DNA of 32,000 bases. It comes from Pirellula staleyi DSM 6068 (GTDB lineage: Bacteria > Planctomycetota > Planctomycetia > Pirellulales > Pirellulaceae). The notes under the pieces are model-generated. The model was not told the origin of the DNA, ran no database searches, and saw nothing but the letters and a program-made list of their open reading frames with translations. Location of the stretch: NCBI GenBank assembly GCA_000025185.1, contig CP001848.1:1740001-1772000 (forward strand), read 5' to 3'. This document shows, piece by piece, positions 24,091 to 31,713 of this stretch. How positions within the stretch are numbered: the first letter of the stretch is position 1; each line of letters starts with the position of its first letter. Both the position numbers and the translations under genes were made by a program.

Positions 24091-24127
24091 TTTTCCGCAG
24101 AAAAGGCTTGTTTTCTGCAGAACGAGG
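24091..24127. repeat. Direct repeat TTTTCYGCAGAA x2 (20-nt period) in the galM / sigma divergent region
   Basis: TTTTCCGCAGAAAAGG (24091-24106) and TTTTCTGCAGAACGAGG (24111-24127). Confidence 0.5.
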
Positions 24128-24224
24128 CATTTCTCCAGGGGCAAGACTCACTTGCGGCGAATTCTCGCCAAAAAACTATTCCCCAGGTGCAAGGCACTCA
24201 GCCTAGCGGCAACATGATGAGTGT

Positions 24225-24839
24225 GTGAGCCGCAGAGTCTGGCACGCGACCGAGAAGTGCGCCAGCGATCGTGTGCGTAGCGGAGTTTTTGCAATTTCGT
24301 CCCCTGCCCTTGCCTTCGACTGGACCCTGCTTTTCGCCCAGCACGACCGCTGGCTGCGAACAGTAATCCTTGCGCGGGCTGGTGAAGCTCAAGCGGTCGA
24401 CGAAGTGTTGCAAGAGGTTTCGCTCGCTGCGATCAAACAACAATCGCCGATCAGTGACCCCGCGCGTGTGGCCCCCTGGCTCTATCGCCTGGCAGTTCTG
24501 CAATCGCTTCTGTATCGGCGGCGCTGCGGCCGGCAACGCAAGCTGCTGTATCGCGCCACCGAACTTCGCGCTGTGAAGCACGAAGCAACAACGCACTACG
24601 ATCCGTCACGCTGGTTGATGGCGGAAGAACGGGCCCAAATGGTCCGCGAAGCGATGTCGCAACTCGCCTCGCGCGATGCCGAGATCTTGCTCCTGAAGTA
24701 CACCGAACATTGGTCCTACGCACAGATGGCCGACCACCTTGGTATCAGCCTCTCTGCTGTCGAAACACGTTTGCATCGAGCACGTGCGCGACTTCGCACG
24801 TTGCTTGAGTCGCATGCGTTGGAAGTGAGTTTTCCATGA
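24225..24839 (+). CDS. ECF-type RNA polymerase sigma factor (about 204 aa)
   Basis: Region 2 reads VDEVLQEVSLAAIKQ...APWLYRLAVLQSLLYRRR. Region 4 reads EILLLKYTEHWSYAQMADHLGISLSAVETRLHRARARLR. The start is a GTG at 24225 and the true start is uncertain. The stop overlaps the next start (ATGA at 24836-24839). Confidence 0.85.
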   Translation: MSRRVWHATEKCASDRVRSGVFAISSPALAFDWTLLFAQHDRWLRTVILARAGEAQAVDEVLQEVSLAAIKQQSPISDPARVAPWLYRLAVLQSLLYRRRCGRQRKLLYRATELRAVKHEATTHYDPSRWLMAEERAQMVREAMSQLASRDAEILLLKYTEHWSYAQMADHLGISLSAVETRLHRARARLRTLLESHALEVSFP

Positions 24840-25624
24840 ACCAGACATCCCGTGTCAGCCTGCAGGATCAGTGGATCCATCGTCTCGTCGATGGCGAACT
24901 GCAGAGCAGCCAACTTCGCGAAATGATCGAACTGCTCGATGCCCATCCCACCGAGTGGCGCCGCTGCGCACTGCTGCTGCTTGAGAATCAATCGCTCGCA
25001 CGCGAATGTGCTGCGATGGCTCGTTCAGCTCCGCTTGCAATTGGCACCCGTGGTGCCGATCACGCTCAGCTGGTTGGCCAGCCCAATGGGCGTCGCGAGC
25101 CATCACGTGCGCGATCGCAAAGAGCATGGGAGTTTTTAGCAGTCGCCGCCCTGCTGCTGATGATGTTCTCCGCCGGTTACGCGATGCGCGGGCCTGTTGT
25201 ACCTAGCGATGATTCGCCGACGATCGCCGTCGATCACGCGCCCCCGAGCGCCACCATCGAGCCCCACCACGAGAGCGTCGAAGCGGCTCCTCGCAATGAG
25301 CCCTATGCGAGTGATCAGCCGACGTACTATGTGAATCAAAACAGCGGTAATGAGCTGGGGGTGAATCAAGTCGGTTCGGTGCAAGTGAAGATTGACAACG
25401 AAACAGTCACCGAACTTCCGGTGTACGACGAAAGCACCATGCCCTCGCTCTACGCCTCGAGCGAAGCTGCGTTTTCACCCGCGCTTATCGAACAGTTGCA
25501 GCAGCAAGGGAAACGCGTTCGACGACACGTCACCTTCATGCCGGTCACGCTCAGCGATGGTCGGTCGGCTGTGGTCCCTGTGGAAGGTCTCGAAGTCACA
25601 CCTGCGGCAAACTTCACCTACTAA
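24836..25624 (+). CDS. Putative single-pass anti-sigma factor (262 aa)
   Basis: It is translationally coupled to the sigma gene. The N-terminal ~50 aa are anti-sigma-like (IHRLVDGELQSSQLREMIELLDAHPTEWRRC, a degenerate zf-HC2). It has one TM (AWEFLAVAALLLMMFSAGYAM) and an extracytoplasmic C-terminal domain. Confidence 0.65.
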   Translation: MNQTSRVSLQDQWIHRLVDGELQSSQLREMIELLDAHPTEWRRCALLLLENQSLARECAAMARSAPLAIGTRGADHAQLVGQPNGRREPSRARSQRAWEFLAVAALLLMMFSAGYAMRGPVVPSDDSPTIAVDHAPPSATIEPHHESVEAAPRNEPYASDQPTYYVNQNSGNELGVNQVGSVQVKIDNETVTELPVYDESTMPSLYASSEAAFSPALIEQLQQQGKRVRRHVTFMPVTLSDGRSAVVPVEGLEVTPAANFTY

Positions 25625-25636
25625 GTTTTTTGGGCG

Positions 25637-25672
25637 CAGCATCTTTCGCGCAGCTTGGCAAAAAAGATGCTG
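25637..25672 (+). promoter_or_regulatory. 10-bp perfect hairpin between the anti-sigma and PDZ genes
   Basis: CAGCATCTTT and AAAGATGCTG are separated by a 16-nt loop. T6 and T5 runs follow about 25 nt later (25698-25711). It is a possible attenuator or partial terminator inside the sigma operon. Confidence 0.35.
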
Positions 25673-25725
25673 GCAGCTCATTCCAGTCAACGGGCGGTTT
25701 TTTCTGTTTTTCTAGGAGTTTGTGT

Positions 25726-27051
25726 ATGAATGGCAGCCGTTATCGTCGGGCAAGAGCATGGATCGCTACTTGCCTCGCAGCCTCTCTTTTTCCCGCGTCG
25801 TCACTGCTCGCCGATGAGCCACGCTTCGAAGCCAAGCTGGTTCCGGTCGAGGTGCTCGGACCCGATGGTCAGCCGCAAGGCCAAATCGTGCACCAGGTGG
25901 AAGTGGTCGAAATCCACGATTCCGACGACGCTGCCAAGCCCGTCGCTGCATCGAAGGCCAAGGGTGAGGATGCTCAGTACGGCAAAACAGTAGCGGCCGC
26001 AACTGAGCTGCCTGAGTACTGGCTAGGGGTGAATCTCGCCGAAGTCCCCACCATCGTTCGTAAGCATTTGAAGATCAAGGGTGGAGCGATCGCGCTCGAT
26101 GTGGTTCCAGAAAGTCCTGCTGGAAAAGCTGGCATTCAGGCCGAGGATATCCTTCTGGAAGTGGAAGGGACGGTCATCGAGCAAGCGAGTGATGTGCTCG
26201 AAGGATTGAAGGGGGCAAAAGGGACACCGATTAAAATCAAAATGGTGCGCGAAGGTGCTCCGCTGCTGATCGAAGTGACCCCGTCACGACGTCCGCAAGA
26301 TGCACAGGCAACCAGCAACGCCGCTACCGAAGAAGAGGATGCAGTTCTGGTCGAGCAGCTCACTGCCGAGCTCCGCGAAATCGACGCGCAGCTGGCCAAA
26401 GTGATGCAAGATCGCAACGCTGCCATGCAAAAGATGTCGCAGGCGCTTACAAGGAAGCACAAGAACATCATGCTGTTTGCGATGCGTCCGGGAATCGCCG
26501 CCCAGGGCACCACACCCGCAATCAACTCCACAGCCCGTTTGGCTAATGGAATCGTGATCACCGTCGAACGTCTAGAAAAGGGTCCAGCCAAAATCGTTGT
26601 TGAAAAAGAGGGGAAGAGCTGGGCTTGTACCTCCGATTCATACGACAGTTTGCCCGCCGAGCTTCGCGAGGAAGTGAAGAAGTACGTCGATTCAGCTGTG
26701 GTAACTGCTCTGCCATGGAACATGCAGGGAGTGCGCGGCACCATCACGCTGCCACACGGTGTGGTTGTTCCCTCCGTCCCTGCCATGCCGATGTATGCTC
26801 CTGCCACAACGATTACGCCAGCTGTTCGTCTGCCTGCGTCTGCAGCACAACCTCAACCTGCCACGAGCTCTTCAAAGAACAACATTCCTCGAGAGTCGTA
26901 TGCCCAAGTGATGGAAGCGGTTCGTCGGCTCAGTCAGTCGGTTGGCGAATCGCAGCAGCGGCTCGAAAAGCAAGTCACCGAGCTACAGCACCAGATTGAA
27001 GAGTTGCGAGATAAGGCCGCAGAAGCTGCTGCAGAGAAGAAAGCAGAGTAA
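25726..27051 (+). CDS. Secreted PDZ-domain protein with coiled-coil regions (441 aa)
   Basis: ATG at 25726 with AGGAG 7 nt upstream. It has a signal peptide (AWIATCLAASLFPASSLLADE) and a PDZ domain (YWLGVNLAEV...ALDVVPESPAGKAGIQAEDILLEVEGTVI...IKIKMVREG). No protease domain is recognisable. The C-terminus is coiled-coil-like (QQRLEKQVTELQHQIEELRDKAAEAAAEKK). Confidence 0.75.
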   Translation: MNGSRYRRARAWIATCLAASLFPASSLLADEPRFEAKLVPVEVLGPDGQPQGQIVHQVEVVEIHDSDDAAKPVAASKAKGEDAQYGKTVAAATELPEYWLGVNLAEVPTIVRKHLKIKGGAIALDVVPESPAGKAGIQAEDILLEVEGTVIEQASDVLEGLKGAKGTPIKIKMVREGAPLLIEVTPSRRPQDAQATSNAATEEEDAVLVEQLTAELREIDAQLAKVMQDRNAAMQKMSQALTRKHKNIMLFAMRPGIAAQGTTPAINSTARLANGIVITVERLEKGPAKIVVEKEGKSWACTSDSYDSLPAELREEVKKYVDSAVVTALPWNMQGVRGTITLPHGVVVPSVPAMPMYAPATTITPAVRLPASAAQPQPATSSSKNNIPRESYAQVMEAVRRLSQSVGESQQRLEKQVTELQHQIEELRDKAAEAAAEKKAE

Positions 27052-27109
27052 GCGTTTCGCTGCAGAAATCCCGCGACAAAAATCGCGCTAGATCGTCAAG
27101 AAACAATGG

Positions 27110-27155
27110 CGGCCGAGCATTTGCAGGTGATGCGAATGCCCGGCCGTCTTGCTTG
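27110..27155. terminator. Bidirectional hairpin terminator between the convergent PDZ and lipoprotein genes
   Basis: A 12-bp GC-rich stem with one mismatch (CGGCCGAGCATT ... AATGCCCGGCCG) has a 13-nt loop. It is flanked by T-rich tracts on both strands (TCTTGCTTG on plus; CCATTGTTTCTTG on minus). Confidence 0.55.
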
Positions 27156-27179
27156 ATGAATCGTTATCGCGAGGGGCTG

Positions 27180-27710
27180 TTAGCGGTAGCTGCCGCCGGT
27201 GCCGCCGAAGCGACGTCCGGCGCCGCCGCCGAAGGCGCCGCCGAGTGTGTTGAAGTAAGCCGACTCGGCTTCGATGGCGGTGTAGCCTTCGGGGAAGGCG
27301 TTGGCCACCACGACGCGCTCTTCCGCGTTCAGCACACCCATGCGAGCCAGCTGCTCGACGATCGTGCGACGTCGCGCTTGATCGAGCATCGGCTTGGCGT
27401 GGTGCTGACTCACTTCAATCACCACCGGGAACGGCACATGCTCGAGTCGCATCGCCACTTCTTCGAGGTGACGCTTCGCGCCGGGCGCTAGTTCAGCCGT
27501 CTGACCACGGAACTCGTGATCGTAGAAGATGAAGTCGGCAGCTTCGGCGTTGGTCTCTTGCGTCTCCCAGAAGGAGTCGGTCACCTGACCCGCAGGGAAC
27601 GGACGATCGTGAGCAGGACCACGATAGCCTCGCTTGTTCGTCTTGCCATGGGCACAACCGAGCGCTGCCGTAGCAGCCAGGAGCATCGTGAAGAAGGCGC
27701 GTCGTTTCAT
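27180..27710 (-). CDS. Lipoprotein, secretin-associated (176 aa)
   Basis: It has a lipobox (LLAATAALGC) and GAGG 9 nt upstream of the ATG at 27710. The C-terminal tail is Gly/Arg-rich (GGAFGGGAGRRFGGTGGSYR). It sits downstream of the secretin on the same strand. A CpaD/RcpB-like or pilotin-like role is speculation. Confidence 0.7.
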   Translation of the reverse strand: MKRRAFFTMLLAATAALGCAHGKTNKRGYRGPAHDRPFPAGQVTDSFWETQETNAEAADFIFYDHEFRGQTAELAPGAKRHLEEVAMRLEHVPFPVVIEVSQHHAKPMLDQARRRTIVEQLARMGVLNAEERVVVANAFPEGYTAIEAESAYFNTLGGAFGGGAGRRFGGTGGSYR

Positions 27711-27902
27711 CGGATCGACCTCGCGGGTGAGGTGGTAATGGCTTCTAAAAGTCGCGAGTAAGTCGTTACTAAGTTCTGTAGAATTTGCTAGGAAGTGTTG
27801 CGGGACTATTCAGGAAGTCATGATAACTGCCTGTACACTTCGCTACCAAACTCTGTCAGAAATTCTGTGTAAGTAACTACCTAACTCGTGATGTAATATT
27901 GA

Positions 27903-27930
27903 GTAATAGTTATGGAGTTTAAGTGGTCAA
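27903..27930 (-). promoter_or_regulatory. Sigma-70-like promoter candidate for the lipoprotein gene
   Basis: The minus strand reads TTGACC (27930-27925), 16 nt, TATTAC (27908-27903), inside the AT-rich island. It would give a ~185-nt leader. Planctomycete promoters are poorly defined, so confidence is low. Confidence 0.25.
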
Positions 27931-27964
27931 GCGGGTGCCTGGCCGACTCGCCTATCGGCGATTG

Positions 27965-27991
27965 CTGTCAGGTACGGGGTACCTGACCTAC
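27965..27991. repeat. Palindromic repeat copy 1 (CTGTCAGG-N-CCTGACCTAC)
   Basis: CTGTCAGGTACGGGGTACCTGACCTAC contains a perfect 9-bp stem, GTCAGGTAC / GTACCTGAC. Confidence 0.6.
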
Positions 27992-28019
27992 GGGAATAGT
28001 CGGTATTTGTGGTTGTTTT

Positions 28020-28043
28020 CTGTCAGGCAGGAGCCTGACCTAC
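28020..28043. repeat. Palindromic repeat copy 2 (CTGTCAGG-N-CCTGACCTAC)
   Basis: CTGTCAGGCAGGAGCCTGACCTAC contains a 7-bp stem, GTCAGGC / GCCTGAC. It has the same flanks as copy 1 and lies 55 nt from it. Confidence 0.6.
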
Positions 28044-28070
28044 AAGTCTGGCCGGTGGAACCGGCCCTAC

Positions 28071-28102
28071 ACTGGCCCCTGGTCCCCAGCCTCTGAACCC
28101 TC
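28071..28102 (-). repeat. G-tract word-repeat block immediately 3' of the secretin stop (G-rich on the minus strand)
   Basis: The minus strand reads GAGGGTTCAGAGGCTGGGGACCAGGGGCCAGT. It shares TCAGAGGC(T/G)(G/A)GGGA and ACCAGGGG with the 9171-9202 copy. Confidence 0.5.
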
Positions 28103-28104
28103 TT

Positions 28105-30927
28105 CTACTGCCCGTGACCGAACGGGCCGCTCGTCATCGATGGGCCGCCGCTGCCGTAGCGTTTGCGGAGCCGTGGCCACACCGTGCTGCGGTAATCTTG
28201 GGTCGGATTTCCTTCCAAATCACCGTGCAGGAAGAACTGCCCGTTGGTGGGCTCCGTGACATCAAAGCCCGGGAGTGGTGGCACCTCTTCAGGCTCCATC
28301 GGATGGACCAGTTCAGGCGACACCAGGATCAGCAGTTCCGTCTCGTTCCGCTGCATGCCGCGTCGTCCGAAGATCTTGGCCAGGAACGGCAGATCGCCGA
28401 TCGTGGTGCCATTCATGTTGTCTTCGAGCAGACCAGCGATAGCGAGCGTTTGACCTTCACGCATCTCGACCGTGGTGGTCGCGGCACGCACTCGCAAGCC
28501 AGGGGTGCCACCGACGTTCAGGTCCTGATTGATCTGGCTGAACTCGGGGGCTACTTCGAGGCGGATCCGGTCCTTGTCGACCACCGTCGGCATGAAGCTG
28601 ATGATCGCACCGAAGGCTCGGAAGTCGGTTGTCACGGCGTTGAGGCCGGCACTTCCGACCACCGTCGGAACGGCGAACTCACCACCCGCGATGAACGTGG
28701 CGGGACGTCCACTCAAGGTGACGAGCGTCGGCTCGGCCAGCAGCTTCACCACACCGTGCTGCTGCAGGTAACGAATGCCAATCTGGATCTCGTCGCCATC
28801 GATCTGCGTGAGGAGAGCCGGAGCTTGTCCACCCGCCATGTTGAGGATGCTTTCGAGCAGCAGCGATGAACCTTTTTCCGATTCGCTGAAGCTGATATCG
28901 GTTTTCAGATCGACACCAAAGCCGCGAGCAGCGGTTCGGTTGAGCTCGGCGATCTTCACTTTCAGAGCCACCTGGTGAACGCCAGGGACTCGCAGCATGT
29001 TGATCACTTGCAAGCGCGAACGGCTGCTGTTGCCGGTGGCACTGTCGGAGAGGACGTCGGCAGCTGCCCCTTCACCGAGGCCATTTTGACCGCCCCCGAG
29101 ACCGTTTTGACCTTGTCCACCCGTTTGAGCACGGATGATCGAGATGATCTGGGCGGCCTCTTCGCTATCCTTCGCTTGACCACGTACGATCAGCTTGCTG
29201 GCGACAACCACCAGTTCGATTTTGCTATCGGGGAACATCTCGTTGATGACATCTTGCAGCAGCTTGTAGGTCTGCTCTTCCTTTTTGACTTCCTCGGCGT
29301 CGGGCTCGACCTTCACGAGCCACGTGAGTGGCTGCGAGTTCGGATCGTCGAACCAGAACGTCACATGGGTTGCTCCTTGCGACTTGCCGATGATCGAGAC
29401 TTCGCGTGGGGTGAACTGCACCACATCGCAGATCGATTCGTCGACCACCGCCGTGCGATAGATATCGACTTTGGTGCGGAGCAAGCGCGAGCGACGCACG
29501 CGAACGGTCAGCACACCCGACTCGTCGATCACTTCAAACGGCGAGCCTTCAGGAATCATGTCGACACGAGCAGGACCGATCGGTTCGGGCTGCACGAGTG
29601 CTGCCGGACGAGTCTGGCCTGGCTGAGCGTAGCCGGGACGCGAGATCACCGGAGCGATCGACTGCGAATAAGGAGTGAGCGTCCGCGCTTCAGCTGCTTG
29701 ACGTGCCCTGAGGCGCGCCTGAACGCTGCTGATCACGGGTGCGATCTGCTGCGGGTTTTCCGCAGTGAACTGCTGTGGCGCACTCGGCTCGACCGAAGCA
29801 ATCGGAGCCGACGCAGGCAAGGCCGCGACAGGCTTGGTGACAGTTGCGGTGGGAGCTGCACTAGGAGCGGCAATCGGCGCGGTGAAGTTCATCGGCGCGG
29901 CAGCTGAAGCTTCCCGCGTCGGTGCGGGGGCGATCGCCAGCGGAGCTGGTGCAGGATCGCTCGTAGCGACTGGGATGAAGCTGCTGCGGACCGGCGCGGG
30001 CTCGGCTGCAGGTGGAATCGTCGGCATCGCTTCCGCTAGTGGCTCGAACTTCGGACGACCGAATTCGACGCTCGGCAGCGTGCGTGGCGCGGGGGTTTCG
30101 AGCAGCTCAGTCGCACGTTCAGCCGCTTCGGCAAACGACGAGCGCGGAGCCGCTGCTGGTGTTTCCGTGGCGAGCGAGCGTGGTGTTTCAGCACTTGGAA
30201 TCGGCTGTGGTGCAACTTCAGGCGTGTGCGGCGCGAGTGGACGCGGAGCATCGAGCTCTTGCATCCAGGGGCTTACGCTGCGCGAGGGAACCGCTGCAGC
30301 TGTATCGCTCGCCGCGGCTGGATTTACAGCAGGAGCAACCGCCGCCGCGATCGGCTTGGGTGCCGCGAGCACTGGCTTGGCCGCGACAGGAATCGAAGCG
30401 GGAGTCGGGAGCGTTTCACGCGTCTCGAGACCTGTGGCACCGGTTCCGACTACTTCGTCGGCCGCAGGAGTCGGGCGGAGCGCGGGTCGACTCGACTTCA
30501 CGATCGGCGCGAGAGTCGGTGCTTGGCTAACGCCTGGCCGGCGCTGCATGTCCGACGCTTTCACGATCGGCGCGAGGACTGCTTCCGCTTGCGGCAGCGT
30601 GGCCGGCTCGGCAGCAGTTGCCACGGTCGGCTTCAGCTTCGATGGGGTCGAGACCATCTTGGCCGGCGTCTTGGCCACAGCGGCTGGACTTGGTGTCGGC
30701 GCGGGGGAGTTCTTTCGCGAACTGCTCGTGCTCGACGCCGTGTATGGATTGATGACCGGCGAGTTCTCGCTGGAATTCACTGGCGAATTCGAAGCGGGCC
30801 GCAACTGGTTCTCAGCTCCGAAGAGGAGCGAACCTGTTAGGAAACTTCCTGCACACAGCGAAGCTGCGAGGACCCGTTTCCACCGCTGCGACATTCCGCC
30901 GCGCCGCATCTCGAACGATCGCGACAT
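28105..30927 (-). CDS. cpaC: CpaC/RcpA-type secretin with a ~400-aa Pro/Ala-rich N-terminal extension (about 940 aa)
   Basis: I prefer the ATG at 30927, with GGGGGA 7 nt upstream, giving MSRSFEMRRGGMSQRWKRVLAASLCAGSFLTGSLLFGA. The track ORF extends to the ATG at 31023. The pilus N-domain reads RTAVVDESICDVVQFTPREVSIIGKSQGATHVTFWF. The secretin core reads HQVALKVKIAELNR...GVVKLLAEPTLVTLSGRPATFIAGGEF...ETELLILVSPELV. Confidence 0.9.
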   Translation of the reverse strand: MSRSFEMRRGGMSQRWKRVLAASLCAGSFLTGSLLFGAENQLRPASNSPVNSSENSPVINPYTASSTSSSRKNSPAPTPSPAAVAKTPAKMVSTPSKLKPTVATAAEPATLPQAEAVLAPIVKASDMQRRPGVSQAPTLAPIVKSSRPALRPTPAADEVVGTGATGLETRETLPTPASIPVAAKPVLAAPKPIAAAVAPAVNPAAASDTAAAVPSRSVSPWMQELDAPRPLAPHTPEVAPQPIPSAETPRSLATETPAAAPRSSFAEAAERATELLETPAPRTLPSVEFGRPKFEPLAEAMPTIPPAAEPAPVRSSFIPVATSDPAPAPLAIAPAPTREASAAAPMNFTAPIAAPSAAPTATVTKPVAALPASAPIASVEPSAPQQFTAENPQQIAPVISSVQARLRARQAAEARTLTPYSQSIAPVISRPGYAQPGQTRPAALVQPEPIGPARVDMIPEGSPFEVIDESGVLTVRVRRSRLLRTKVDIYRTAVVDESICDVVQFTPREVSIIGKSQGATHVTFWFDDPNSQPLTWLVKVEPDAEEVKKEEQTYKLLQDVINEMFPDSKIELVVVASKLIVRGQAKDSEEAAQIISIIRAQTGGQGQNGLGGGQNGLGEGAAADVLSDSATGNSSRSRLQVINMLRVPGVHQVALKVKIAELNRTAARGFGVDLKTDISFSESEKGSSLLLESILNMAGGQAPALLTQIDGDEIQIGIRYLQQHGVVKLLAEPTLVTLSGRPATFIAGGEFAVPTVVGSAGLNAVTTDFRAFGAIISFMPTVVDKDRIRLEVAPEFSQINQDLNVGGTPGLRVRAATTTVEMREGQTLAIAGLLEDNMNGTTIGDLPFLAKIFGRRGMQRNETELLILVSPELVHPMEPEEVPPLPGFDVTEPTNGQFFLHGDLEGNPTQDYRSTVWPRLRKRYGSGGPSMTSGPFGHGQ

Positions 30928-31120
30928 TGCCGTTCCCCCTGTCGTATTGATCTCGCCAGCGAGTGCCGCGGCGCTCGACACGGGCGAATTGTTCGCCGCG
31001 CCGCTCGCCCTCGCACTCACCATCGCACTACATCCCTGTTGATCATGAAGCGGGTGCCCGGCAACTCACGTCGCCGCTGATATCGCTTCCATCACCCGGC
31101 CCTGCCCTGCAACTCGCTTG

Positions 31121-31136
31121 CTCATCGCTGAGCCAC
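31121..31136. repeat. Direct repeat copy 1 in the secretin upstream region
   Basis: CTCATCGCTGAGCCAC. Partial copies are TTCATCGCTGAAC (31152-31164) and GAGCCACTCAT (31177-31187). Confidence 0.55.
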
Positions 31137-31198
31137 GCACACAGGAGGCCGTTCATCGCTGAACGTCTCCTGCACGAGCCACTCATGTGCTGACCAGC

Positions 31199-31214
31199 TC
31201 ATCACTGAGCCACT
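31199..31214. repeat. Direct repeat copy 2 in the secretin upstream region
   Basis: CTCATCACTGAGCCAC, 15/16 identical to copy 1 and 78 nt from it. Confidence 0.55.
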
Positions 31215-31633
31215 CGCAACTGAGAGCCTTGCGTCATCGAGCAGCCCTGGGGAAAGCAGCCTCCGAAGAGGCCCACTTCGTGCAGAGTCGAGGTATCGCT
31301 GACTACGTAGTCCAATCCCCACGCCACCAGCGCGACACCATCCGCCTGACTCTTCTTATCGCTCCCACCCTGCCCTCAACCTGAGAAAATATGCCGGTAA
31401 ATCCCACCGCACCGGTTCTTCCAATCCTCCCACCTGTGCCGCATGTGACTGATGCGCGGGGGATGCTGAAGTCTTGTGGGGGAGGCAATTTCGTCCAAAA
31501 AGGGCTCAGCAAGTAGAGCCCGGGAGGTCTGGCGAAAGTTTGACGCTGATAGCAGCGACTGGCGGAGCGCACTGAGCTCCCGATAACGAGGGGCAATCGC
31601 CCCGGGTGTTGCCGTGCATGAAGCGACGCGCAT

Positions 31634-31674
31634 AAAAAAACTCGCTAGCACCTTGAGAAAAAGTGCTAGCGAGT
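31634..31674 (-). terminator. Rho-independent terminator of the acidic-protein gene
   Basis: A perfect 11-12 bp stem (plus strand ACTCGCTAGCAC ... GTGCTAGCGAGT) has an 11-nt loop. On the minus strand it is followed by a 7-T run (plus-strand A7 at 31634-31640). It lies about 40 nt after the stop codon. Confidence 0.75.
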
Positions 31675-31713
31675 TTGTAGCGTGTGCGAAGCGCCGAACC
31701 AATGATTCGGGGA

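Noticed and set aside
23955-24197. N-terminal extensions of track ORFs: galM 23955-24197, exonuclease 6687-6773, GT2 9272-9421, GTPase 16748-16834, secretin 30928-31023, CD225-like 119-214 and 1290-1370
   Set aside because: The extensions are not protein-like and often begin at GTG/TTG. They precede obvious signal peptides or paralog-aligned Met residues, and they overlap intergenic repeats or hairpins. Internal ATG starts fit better.
29765-31042. 425-aa Ala/Gly-rich ORF antisense to the secretin N-terminal extension, plus ORFs 30012-30530 and 30226-30840
   Set aside because: It is the complement of the Pro/Ala-rich coding repeat (GCN/CCN codons read as GGN/NGC). The secretin frame continues without a break into a canonical secretin domain.
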